Part shown: one piece after another, positions 31,901 to 40,006 of the stretch | Position numbering within the stretch: the stretch's first letter is position 1 | Layout of the letters: every line of letters starts with the position of its first letter | Assembly: GCA_963782915.1 (NCBI GenBank) | Contig: CAWALK010000022.1 | Span: 128,001-192,000 of the forward strand | Direction of reading: 5' to 3' | From: an uncultured archaeon | GTDB lineage: Archaea > Thermoproteota > Bathyarchaeia > Bathyarchaeales > Bathycorpusculaceae | Length of the DNA stretch: 64,000 bases | Notes under the pieces: model-generated | The model's input: the letters and a program-made list of their open reading frames with translations, nothing else | What the model was told of the DNA's origin: nothing | The model's database searches: none | Translations under genes and position numbers: made by a program

Positions 31901-32386
31901 TAAGGCTTGGTCTGTTCCACCGGCAGAGCGAATTGGGCCAGCGAAGTAAATTCCGAGATAACGGGTTTGGTCAGCGTTCTTTTTTATTTTGACTTGGGCA
32001 ATGCCTTGGATTGGCGCTGCAGTTAAGCCTTCAGTAAAGATTGCCAGTGCAGTTCGAATCGCCTGCTCAGCCAAATGCTCAGGCTCTTTTTCTTCGTCGG
32101 TTTGAGCGAATTTGCCTTGAGCGATTTCTTTAGCGGCGTAGAAGGCGATTTCTTCGCGAGGCATCGTCTTGCTAAGTTCTCGGATGCTTAATGCGACGCC
32201 TTTGGGACCGACTAGACCCTCGACTAAGTCTGCGATGTCCTGTGCGATGAGACATTCGGTTTTGATGGCTGGGTCTAAACCTTTGGATCTGGCGCTGTCG
32301 CTGATGTCATAGAGGCGCTTAAGTTCAGCTTCCATTGTTTCAACGTAGTTGCGGTATCCTTTGCTAATGCCACTGGTAATGTTCAA
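28952..32386 (-). CDS. polC: DNA polymerase D large subunit DP2
   Basis: YFAGPIRSAGGT, GFRLRYGRSR, RMGRPEKAK, KRRDCDGDED, Zn fingers, C-terminal PIP-like QAKLFDF. Confidence 0.97.
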   Translation of the reverse strand: MNITSGISKGYRNYVETMEAELKRLYDISDSARSKGLDPAIKTECLIAQDIADLVEGLVGPKGVALSIRELSKTMPREEIAFYAAKEIAQGKFAQTDEEKEPEHLAEQAIRTALAIFTEGLTAAPIQGIAQVKIKKNADQTRYLGIYFAGPIRSAGGTDQALTLVVGDYVRRELGLDVYRPTEEEVSRFVEELRLYERSVGRFQYHIPDEELRKALNLVPVECTGTESDPVEVSSYRNLERVETNRVRGGALRVINDGIVGRAQKVYVIIDKIGFQGWDWLKNFKKKSEKKSGGFMDDVIAGRPIFAFPSTKGGFRLRYGRSRNTGLSAVGIHPATMFVVESFLAAGTQMRLELPGKGGVTLPVDSIEKPVVMLKDNSVVRVSLENYPEVKGKVQRILFLGDMLIDFGDFLYSNKTLPPSGYVEEWWAKDLQNAILAKYGSDCKLAAEACQVSSEALEGFMYDPFKNKPTTKEAAAISQSLCVPLAPNCTLFWTSLTTVPEVEVLKKWLATCEVSVEEGVTTRIKGPADDDAVKLLRRIFLPHKIVEGKAILVGEDAAALAFTLGYGTPKFTETLQATTVLELLSLLCGVQVKDKAPTYVGGRMGRPEKAKHREMRPMVHVLFPVSLAGGSHRDLCEAAKKGPVFVDMVKRKCPDCKSYTMKIRCDACGIPTVQEKSCPRCRRPLKDNYCGTCKADAVMYQRQPLNFKDLVATASANLGCQPPKMLRGVKGLTNLDKTPEMIEKGILRAKHGVSTYKDGTIRFDGTNAPLTHITPAEIGVSIEKMHQMGYQADTHGLPLTDPNQVCELKIQDVVIPVSAGVYFIQIAAFIDDLLTRVYKLPPYYNVKKPEDLVGHLIFGLAPHTCACILGRIVGYTDRNLIYAHPVWHSAKRRDCDGDEDAIMLGLDTLINFSKVFLPSQIGGIMDAPILLIPFCNTKEVQRQAHDFDVSQTYPLEFYRKTWDKGESRPVSAFMDVISHRLGTEGQYEGFQFTTPCTNINLGNANSSYKEFKSMIEKLHMQLDLGEKIDAVDARRVALKVLNTHFMRDIAGNMRAFSTQGFRCKSCNKKFRRLPLIGKCPFCGGALTLTVYRGGIEKYLVAAQELVDKYGLPKYYTQRMDLIKEEITLMFDNKKPKQAKLFDFG

Positions 32387-32465
32387 AGCGACAGCTCACA
32401 GCCAAGATATGCGCTGATGGGTATTTTGGGCTTTCTAAAACAAAACAAAAAGAAGCTTGGAACAG

Positions 32466-33215
32466 CTATGCTTTGCGTTTGATGGCTGTGATTATCTGTG
32501 ATATGCGTTCGTTGGCGTCACTGGATTCTGTGAGGTTACCTGTGACGATGATGTCTGCTCCTGCGGAAGCTGCGGCTATGGCTTGTTCTTTGGTTTTTAT
32601 ACCGCCGCCGACGATAAGGGGAACATCGATTGCTTGTTTAACTGCTTGAATCATTTCTGGAGGTACAGGATTTGTTGCACCTGAGCCGCCTTCAAGATAG
32701 ATGAAGCGCATGCCGAGGTATTGGCCTGCCAATGCGTGGCTAGCTGCAAGATCGGGATTGCTGTAGGGAACTGCGACTGCTTTACCTACTTTGCCGGCCA
32801 TTCCGCCGTCTCCAACGATTACGTAGGCCATTGAAATTGGTTCTATTTTGAATTTTTTTATGTAGGGGGCTCCCTTGATTTGGGCGCCCATGAGAAAATA
32901 GGGGTCGGCTGAGTTTAGCATGGACATGAACCAGATGGCGTCGGCGTGGCTGCTTATGCCGTTGTGGTTGCCCGGAAAAAGAATAGTCGGAATATCAACA
33001 ACGGATTTTATTGCGCTGACTACATCGTCGAGTTGTTTTTGAGAAGCAACAGTTGAGCCACCAATCATTATGGCGGCTGTTCCGCTGTTTTTGGAGCTCT
33101 CAGCAATTTTTGCAGCGGCTTCAGGGGTTACTTTCTCTGGGTCGATAAGCGTCATATGGATTGAGCCGTCGGCTTTGATTTTATTCAGCAAGTACCGTTC
33201 AATGGGCCCAACCAT
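32466..33215 (-). CDS. Geranylgeranylglyceryl phosphate synthase
   Basis: HMTLIDPEK, IMIGGS, ILFPG, YLEGGSGA, VGGGIK. Confidence 0.93.
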   Translation of the reverse strand: MVGPIERYLLNKIKADGSIHMTLIDPEKVTPEAAAKIAESSKNSGTAAIMIGGSTVASQKQLDDVVSAIKSVVDIPTILFPGNHNGISSHADAIWFMSMLNSADPYFLMGAQIKGAPYIKKFKIEPISMAYVIVGDGGMAGKVGKAVAVPYSNPDLAASHALAGQYLGMRFIYLEGGSGATNPVPPEMIQAVKQAIDVPLIVGGGIKTKEQAIAAASAGADIIVTGNLTESSDANERISQIITAIKRKA

Positions 33216-33230
33216 TCAGTTATCCTTCAG

Positions 33231-33500
33231 CTACTCTTCTTTGGCCTTAGTTATCGGAGTTCTTTTTTGGTTACCGTAAACTCTGTCTGTTAACATGCAG
33301 TAGACATCTACTTCGCCCTGTGCCTGTTTGACTGTGAATTCTTCTTTCAAACCGCAGCTGCTGCATTGTGCGATGGATCGTCCGCCTTCGTCTCGGAAAA
33401 TTTCTACGCGGACGGTTTCTTTACCGCATCTAGGGCAAGAGAAGAATTTCGGTAAACGTTTCTTTGGAATATGAACTACTTTTTTCCTTCTTCGCCCCAT
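33231..33500 (-). CDS. elf1: Transcription elongation factor Elf1-like zinc ribbon
   Basis: MGRRRKK, FSCPRCG, CSSCG, VDVYC. Confidence 0.9.
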   Translation of the reverse strand: MGRRRKKVVHIPKKRLPKFFSCPRCGKETVRVEIFRDEGGRSIAQCSSCGLKEEFTVKQAQGEVDVYCMLTDRVYGNQKRTPITKAKEE

Positions 33501-33598
33501 ACAAATATCCTTCTACATGGTTTGGATGTGTTCATTAATATTTATGCTTGTGCTTAAATACTTGCCTACTATCCATCACTGTGAGGCTGCGTAGAACC

Positions 33599-34441
33599 TT
33601 GAAGTTAACGCCCGCTGTACTGGACATTGATTTTGCTGAAGCTCAAACAAGGATTTGCCGATTTATCAAAGAATATGTTGAAAACGCCGGAGCCAAAGGC
33701 ATCGTACTTGGATTATCCGGTGGAGTGGACAGCGCAACCGTAGCTGCCCTATCGAGCCTTGCCATTGGAGGAGACAACGTTGTTGCACTACTCATGCCTG
33801 AACAGGAGACGTTTAAGCAAAAAGACGTCGACGACGCCAAAACCATCGCCGACCTGTTCCATCTGCAAACCGTCAACTGTGATATGACCGAAGTGCTGGA
33901 CGGATTCTACAAAAGCATCCCAGCATTCAGCAAGACCGATCGGCTTTGCAAGGGAAATATCAAAGCCCGAACCCGTATGATCTTTCTCTACTATTATGCG
34001 AACAACCAAAATCGCATAGTCGCCGGTACCTCAGACAAATCCGAAACTTACATGGGGTACTTTACTAAATGGGGCGACGCAGCAGCAGACATAACCCCAA
34101 TCATTGACCTGTACAAAACCCAGGTACGTCGGCTAGCCATGCATCTTGGGATTCCAAAGGAACTTGCACTAAAACCCTCTACACCCGCACTTTGGCCCAA
34201 CCAGCTAGCTGAATCGGAACTTGAAATCAAATATGAAACCCTCGACTTGATCCTATATGGCTTGGAACGATTCATGAAACCAGAGGAAATCGCCGAGCAA
34301 CTCAGCATAGACCAAGCCATCGTAGATAAGGTTCAAGCAAGAATACTGTTAAACGAGCATAAACGGCGTATGCCAATGGCCCCTAAGCTTGGGTTCCGAA
34401 CTCCGGGAAACGATTTTAGGCTCCCAAGACACACATACTAA
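33599..34441 (+). CDS. nadE: NAD+ synthetase (synthetase domain only)
   Basis: GLSGGVDS, NIKARTRM, GYFTKWGD, DLYKTQV, HKRR. Confidence 0.95.
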   Translation: MKLTPAVLDIDFAEAQTRICRFIKEYVENAGAKGIVLGLSGGVDSATVAALSSLAIGGDNVVALLMPEQETFKQKDVDDAKTIADLFHLQTVNCDMTEVLDGFYKSIPAFSKTDRLCKGNIKARTRMIFLYYYANNQNRIVAGTSDKSETYMGYFTKWGDAAADITPIIDLYKTQVRRLAMHLGIPKELALKPSTPALWPNQLAESELEIKYETLDLILYGLERFMKPEEIAEQLSIDQAIVDKVQARILLNEHKRRMPMAPKLGFRTPGNDFRLPRHTY

Positions 34442-34454
34442 AAGTGAAACTGCC

Positions 34455-35288
34455 ATGAAATCTAAAATCAAGCTTGCCCTCTGCCAAATAGCGGCTAAAA
34501 GAGAAAACAAAGCTGCCAACTTGGAGAAAATAGAAGAGTTGACCCTCAAAGCTAAGCAGGAGGGAGCTGATTTAGCGATTTTTCCGGAAATGTGTCTCAC
34601 AGGATATGTGCTGCTCGATCAAGTTTATGGTTTAGCCGAACTCATCCCGGGCCCAAGTATCGCCAAAGTGGAAGCTTTAGCCAAGAAAACAGGCATGCAT
34701 ATCATCTTTGGGATGCCCGAACTCAGCGAAAAGACACAAGCCACCGTCTACAACACCGCCGTATTGGTCGGCCCTAAAGGTTTCATCGGCAAATACCGCA
34801 AAATGTATCTCCCAACACACAGCGTATTCGAAGAAAAACGCTATTTCCGTCCCGGGTATGAACCAGCAGCCTTCCAAACAGAGCTAGGCAGCATCGGGTT
34901 AACGATTTGCTATGACGTTTTCTTCCCAGAAGTGTTTAGGCTACCAAGATTGATGGGTGCACAACTCATAATTTGCATTTCTGCCTCACCAGCGGTGCGC
35001 AGAGGCTACTTTGAGATCCTAACGGCGGCTCGAGCCTTGGAAAACACGGCTTATTTAGCGTATGTGAACCTTGCTGGGGTAGAGGATGGGCTGCAGTTTT
35101 GGGGTGGAAGCCGCCTTGTTGGCCCAACAGGGGACGTTTTAGCTAAAGCGAGGTATGATGATGAGGATTTTGTCGTCTGCGAAGTCGATTTTAGCGATTT
35201 GAGGACCGCTGAAACGTTTATTCCTACGTTGCGGGACCTTAGACCCGAGCTTTATGACCAGCTCAAGCGGCTTTCTGAACAAATTTAG
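34455..35288 (+). CDS. Carbon-nitrogen hydrolase (nitrilase family)
   Basis: Catalytic triad motifs FPE, YRK, ICYD. Confidence 0.92.
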   Translation: MKSKIKLALCQIAAKRENKAANLEKIEELTLKAKQEGADLAIFPEMCLTGYVLLDQVYGLAELIPGPSIAKVEALAKKTGMHIIFGMPELSEKTQATVYNTAVLVGPKGFIGKYRKMYLPTHSVFEEKRYFRPGYEPAAFQTELGSIGLTICYDVFFPEVFRLPRLMGAQLIICISASPAVRRGYFEILTAARALENTAYLAYVNLAGVEDGLQFWGGSRLVGPTGDVLAKARYDDEDFVVCEVDFSDLRTAETFIPTLRDLRPELYDQLKRLSEQI

Positions 35289-35292
35289 CACC

Positions 35293-35421
35293 TCACAGTG
35301 TAATCTCCATGTTGGAGAAGGTATCACAGGTGCATCACAGGGCGTGATATCAAGTGATTTAGGGCTAAAATCACGCTTTTTTGGTGACATCACGGTGTTT
35401 CTTCATGCGGTCACATGTGAG
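35293..35421. repeat. Array of 10 TCAC/GTGA boxes (mostly ATCAC)
   Basis: Cores at 35293, 35324, 35335, 35344, 35354, 35371, 35384, 35390, 35411, 35417. Confidence 0.8.
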
Positions 35422-35765
35422 ATGCGCTTGTAAAAGTGTGTTTTAATGCTAGATCAGCAGGTTAGAACTGTGTGCTATTTCGTTAAGAATGTAAAAATTC
35501 GGCGGGTAACAGGTTTGGGGTGTTTGCAAAAGTGCATTTTTTATGTAAAGTTCCGGCACCTTGGACGAAAAAATTACCGAGATTATAGCCTTTATTATGT
35601 TAACTGTACCAAAATACCACCTAATCATCAAACTGTCCCATATTTGGGCTTTGTTTGAGTTTATAGCGTTGATTTGCCTGCATTAATACAGTGGTTTTGG
35701 GGTTCAGAGGGGGGTCTAAAGGATAAAAACTCGGGTTAGTATACAAATCCGTATTCATTTGGACT

Positions 35766-36263
35766 ATGGAGGATAGAGGAGATTTGAAGCTAAAAGACGG
35801 TGTAACAGCATGGTTAAACGGGGCTCTAAACGACCCCATTGTACAAATACTGGCTAAAAATAGCCACTTAACTAAAACACAACTGGAAACTCTACTAATA
35901 AACGTTTTAAGCGAAAATATAGCAGGCAAACAGCTAAAGTACGATGAAAAAGCAGCATTAAGGCTAACAAGGGCTAAAATAAGCCGAGGATCGTTTAATA
36001 GGACGTTAAAACAGTCTAATGAAAACGTCATTAAATCCATCTACACAGTGCTACTTTTAGGTTATTTGGGTGTTTTTGAGACCACAACTCTCGACCCGTA
36101 CCTCGAGATAGCCAATAAACTCCACGAATATGTCGAGGCTCACCAGGATATGCCCAACAAAGAAGAGGAACTAAAAGACCACCTAAAAGTCATAGAAATC
36201 ATCAGAAATGAGCTTGAAACGAGCCTAAAACGGCTTTCTAGCCCATCAGAAGAGCTCCTGTGA
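35766..36263 (+). CDS. Hypothetical protein with Tfx/sigma70-region-4-like HTH
   Basis: LTKTQLETLL...YDEKAALR..ISRGSFNRTLKQSNENVIKS resembles the Tfx-type HTH pattern. Confidence 0.7.
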   Translation: MEDRGDLKLKDGVTAWLNGALNDPIVQILAKNSHLTKTQLETLLINVLSENIAGKQLKYDEKAALRLTRAKISRGSFNRTLKQSNENVIKSIYTVLLLGYLGVFETTTLDPYLEIANKLHEYVEAHQDMPNKEEELKDHLKVIEIIRNELETSLKRLSSPSEELL

Positions 36264-36606
36264 CGTCACAAATCACAGTTTTTCCCATCATTTTTTGTTC
36301 ATTTTCAGGAAGTAAATCACACATCACACATACCCAATATTCAAGGGTTTTTTTGTAAAATAAGCCTAAACTGAACAGTCTCTTAACCCATGAATAAGCA
36401 TCAAGATAAGCCATTATACGTGTTCTGTGATGTGTGACGTCATAGTTAACATGGAAAGATGTCACCGATAACCTTAAATTTCCATGGAGAATACTGTGAT
36501 GTGTGATGCAACCGCTAAAATCACGTGAAATCACGGTAATCACAAGAGAATCACGGTAGCGTCACGATTAAATCACAGGGGAAGAACATCACGGTTGACC
36601 TCACAG
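36259..36606. repeat. Array of 19 TCAC/GTGA boxes, partly phased at 9-11 bp
   Basis: Palindrome TGTGACGTCACA at 36259; TGTGATGTGTGA three times (one inverted); TCAC at 36521, 36531, 36540, 36551, 36562, 36573. Confidence 0.88.
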
Positions 36607-37430
36607 TAGTAATCTTTGGCGTATTATTGGCAGTAACAGCGGTAGCATCGTATGAATACTACCGCCAAATACGCAGGGTCCACAGTGAATTCGAGGCAAC
36701 TCATTTGCAATATGAAAAAAGCCGCCAAGAATACGAGAAAGCCAAAGATTTCATCGAAGATATAGTGCTAAGTTTCGACCGTGAACTAAAACGGGAATCA
36801 GGCAAATTTGACACTATGGTGTCCAAAGTGGAAGCCAGCTACAGCACAGCAGATGCTAGCTACCGAAAAGCCGAAAAAATAGAAAACAAGATTGAGCCAC
36901 TGGAAACTCAGCTTGTCGCCCTTAACCAATCACATCAAGAGATGTCACAGTCTGTCACAGAGAACTTGGCAGAAAATACGCAAAACAACACCAACCTCAA
37001 AAATGAAGTAAACTCTGAATTGTCCAGTTTAGAAGCAAAACTCCAAGACCTAATAGCTACACAGGAAACAATCAAAAACAGAATCACAGGCTTCGAAGAG
37101 CAAATCCAGAAACTATCCGTTGCACCTCCACCACAGGAAACCAGAACTGAAATGGTGCTGCCGGTTGTACCCATCAGACGGGACAAAGCCTTAGCAGCCC
37201 TAACTGACACAGAAATCGCAGTACTGGAAATGCTATCTAAGGAGGGTGCGAAGACTGCTCCGGAAATTAAAGAGAGAGTGCATCTCAGTAGAGAGCACAC
37301 GGCTCGGTTGATGAAGAAGATCTATGAGGAAGGTTATGTGGAGAGGGAAGCGGGGAAGATTCCTTTCCGTTATACGATTAAGAAGGAAATGGAAGCTTTG
37401 CTGCAGAAAGCTGAACCTCCAACAACATAG
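36588..37430 (+). CDS. Membrane-anchored coiled-coil protein with C-terminal winged helix; probable ATC start
   Basis: In-frame extension ITVDLTVVIFGVLLAVTAVASYEYYRQIRR gives one TM helix; long heptad-rich region; LTDTEIAVLEML...APEIKERVHLSREHTARLMKKIYEEGYVER wHTH. Confidence 0.82.
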   Translation: MTVDLTVVIFGVLLAVTAVASYEYYRQIRRVHSEFEATHLQYEKSRQEYEKAKDFIEDIVLSFDRELKRESGKFDTMVSKVEASYSTADASYRKAEKIENKIEPLETQLVALNQSHQEMSQSVTENLAENTQNNTNLKNEVNSELSSLEAKLQDLIATQETIKNRITGFEEQIQKLSVAPPPQETRTEMVLPVVPIRRDKALAALTDTEIAVLEMLSKEGAKTAPEIKERVHLSREHTARLMKKIYEEGYVEREAGKIPFRYTIKKEMEALLQKAEPPTT

Positions 37431-37472
37431 TAAAAAATTTCATTTTTTCTTGATTCACAAGCTGGGCTGTAG

Positions 37473-37520
37473 TGTGAAGTACTGTGAACGGATTGTGAAC
37501 CTTTGTGAAGGGCGTGTGAA
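37473..37520 (+). repeat. Five direct TGTGAA repeats spaced 10, 11, 10, 11 bp
   Basis: TGTGAA at 37473, 37483, 37494, 37504, 37515. Confidence 0.92.
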
Positions 37521-37955
37521 CTACTTTATTATACGTTGTTTAATTGCCTGTGGAATGTTTGGAGCAGTCTTATACTTCAGGCTGTTTGAAGTGCCAGTCC
37601 TCATCAGCATACCTTTTGCAGCCATTCTTGAGAGGTAAGTGGATACTGTGCTTAAGCTAACTGGCTCTTTGAGTTCCTGCTCATAGATTGATTGAATATC
37701 TTTAGAAGAGAACCAAATCAATGGAAAGTTCTTTTGGATAACTGCTTGGACTTTCTCAAAACGGGACAAAGACTTGTCATTAGGCATGGCTGGGCTATTG
37801 GTTACTGTTGGATTTTCACCTGGTGCGCCGCCTAGCAATTCAACAAGATCAAGTAGCCGCAGAGCTTTATCGCGGGTCACTTGACCCTCGAATGCAATGG
37901 TGTATCGATTACCATCGCTATCGAACAGCTCTACGCGCATTTTACGAGCCGGCAC
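37521..37955 (-). CDS. Small protein with N-terminal beta/alpha domain, linker and C-terminal winged helix
   Basis: FSSKDIQSIYEQELKEPVSLSTVSTYLSRMAAKGMLMRTG wHTH signature; GTG start after AGGTG. Confidence 0.8.
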   Translation of the reverse strand: MPARKMRVELFDSDGNRYTIAFEGQVTRDKALRLLDLVELLGGAPGENPTVTNSPAMPNDKSLSRFEKVQAVIQKNFPLIWFSSKDIQSIYEQELKEPVSLSTVSTYLSRMAAKGMLMRTGTSNSLKYKTAPNIPQAIKQRIIK

Positions 37956-38148
37956 TTAGTTACACCTAGGTTGTTCACAACCTTAGGACTTCACACCTTA
38001 TAACTGTGATGGTGAAGCAGGGCAATAAAATACGCTTGATTTATGCTTCTTATTGCTTATTGACTGTTATTTGGATTGTTTCTGGTATTACCAGCTTCAC
38101 AGAAAAGTGAACGGTTAAAAACATTATCTTTACGGGTTGGATTGGGTT

Positions 38149-38733
38149 TTCCAGTAGAAGTCAAGGGGTGCCTCATTCACTGTTAACAGACAGAATTAGG
38201 GTAATTTCCAGAGAAAGGGGCTTGTTAAAGCAGCAGATTTATTGTTATTTCACAGGTATTCACAGTTTTGTGAATGTGAAGTGAAGGCAAACTTGGCAGA
38301 AAAAATTGCTTGGAGACCCTTTGTCTAAGTTCCAAGTTGGCCATGACTTGTAAAGGAAGCTAATCGGTGATTTTCGGTTGTTTTCCCATGGATTTAGCGC
38401 TTGACAGACACCCCTATGTTTCCTCTCGAGGATTTTGGGGCAAAAAAGAAGTCTGGAGGGGCTGAAAAAAGATATTCAGAAGTTCTGTTTAATTTCTTGG
38501 ATAGTAATCATTAATATATATAATTACAATTTACCACTCAGAGTATATTATTATATATAGTTATTATATGGGTGTTAGTTATAGCGACTTTTTTCTCCAG
38601 TAGAAACCTTGGGGTGCGTGTATCTTTGGTTTGCTTGGTTGTTATCGCTTGTTTTTATCTTCTTTTAGGATAGTTGTTGTTCTAAACCAGTTTTTTGTAG
38701 TGTATCCTTTATCTGTTCCACACGAAATAACGG
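38149..38733. other. Probable replication origin (oriC) with ORB elements and AT-rich unwinding element
   Basis: TTCCAGTAGAAGTCAAGGGG 38149-38168; TTCCAGAGAAAGGGG 38206-38220; inverted ORB 38409-38430; AT-rich ~38490-38570; CTCCAGTAGAAACCTTGGGG 38595-38614; mini-ORB 38715-38733; directly upstream of cdc6. Confidence 0.88.
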
Positions 38734-38764
38734 TTGTACCTCTGTAGAAGAGGGCGTGGGCAAA

Positions 38765-40001
38765 ATGGGAAATTCAAGCGTATTAGATGATGTATTCGAT
38801 AATTTCGTTAAATGGGGCAAAGCTCTTCAAAGACAGAGAAGTCCTAAGGCATGATTACCTTCCGGAACGGCTTCCCCACAGAGAAGACCAAATACGACTT
38901 TTGGGTGCCACGGTAGCTCCAGTTCTAAGGGATGCCCGATGCTCAAACATTTTCATTTACGGTAAAACTGGAACAGGAAAAACAGCAGTCGCAAAATATG
39001 TCCTCAGCCACTTGGAATCAAAAGCTAAAGAATACGGTGCCCAAGTAAAATTCTGCTACATAAACTGCCGCATGACTGGCTCCGAATACCGTGTTTTCGC
39101 TGCCCTTAGCCAAAGTTTAGGTTTAACAATTCCCTTCACCGGTTTATCCGTCGGCGAAGTCTTTGACAGATTCCGCTCTGGACTAGACCAATCCCACATA
39201 ATCTTCATAATAGTTCTCGATGAAGTCGACGCCTTAATCAAAGACAAAGGCGACGCCTTCATGTATGAATTAACCAGAATAAACGAGACGCTAAGCAAAA
39301 GCAAGGTCTCTATCATTGGCATATCCAACGATTTGCGCCTAAAAGAATTCCTTGATCCCAGAGTCTTCAGTTCGCTTAGCGAAGAAGAATTAGTCTTCAG
39401 ACCCTATGACGCCGCTGAGCTGCGGAATATTTTGCTTGAACGCTCAAAAATCGCATTCCAAGACGGCGTACTATCCGATTCAGCCTTAAGCATTTCTTCC
39501 GCGTTGGCAGCAGCTGAGCATGGCGATGCGAGACGCGCATTAGACCTGCTGCGAGTAGCTGGCGAGGTTGCTGAACGTATAGGCGCAAAAACCATCACAG
39601 AAGAACATGTTCGTCAAGCTGAAAAACACATCGAACATAACCGAGTTATAGAAGCCCTCAAAAACTTGACCCTGCACTCAAAACTGGTGTTGCTAAGTGT
39701 TTATCATCTCAACAAGCCAAGTGCAACCACAGGCGAAATCTATGATATCTACAATGAATTGTGCGGGGAAATGGGCGCTGGACTCTTAACCCAACGAAGA
39801 CTGGGCACACTAGTCAACGAACTTGACTCTATGGGGCTTGTGAACGCGAGAGTCGTAAGCATGGGCAGATATGGCAGAACCAAAAAGATTCGACTTGAAA
39901 TTGCCCGAGGAATAATCCGAGACGTCTTCGGCACCGACAACCGCTTCAGCCAACTTCTCGAGTACTCACCTAAAACTACGCATAAACACTCTGAAAGCTA
40001 A
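38765..40001 (+). CDS. cdc6: Orc1/Cdc6 replication initiator; apparent +1 error near 38810
   Basis: YGKTGTGKT Walker A, LDEVD Walker B, GDARRALDLLR, GRYGRT wing; ATG 38765 gives MGNSSVLDDVFDNFV in an adjacent frame. Confidence 0.96.
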
Positions 40002-40006
40002 GGCTG

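Noticed and set aside
28952-32386. Intein in DP2 (or Cdc6)
   Set aside because: Lengths are normal, the catalytic motifs are contiguous, and no intein terminal motifs are seen.
36238-36543. ORFs 36238..36543, 35446..35658 and 35621..36040 as genes
   Set aside because: They run through repeat arrays or antisense to a real gene and have no coherent domain signal.
35293-38290. TCAC/GTGA arrays as a CRISPR array
   Set aside because: Units are 4-6 bp in both orientations, with no 24-47 bp repeat, no regular spacers and no cas genes.
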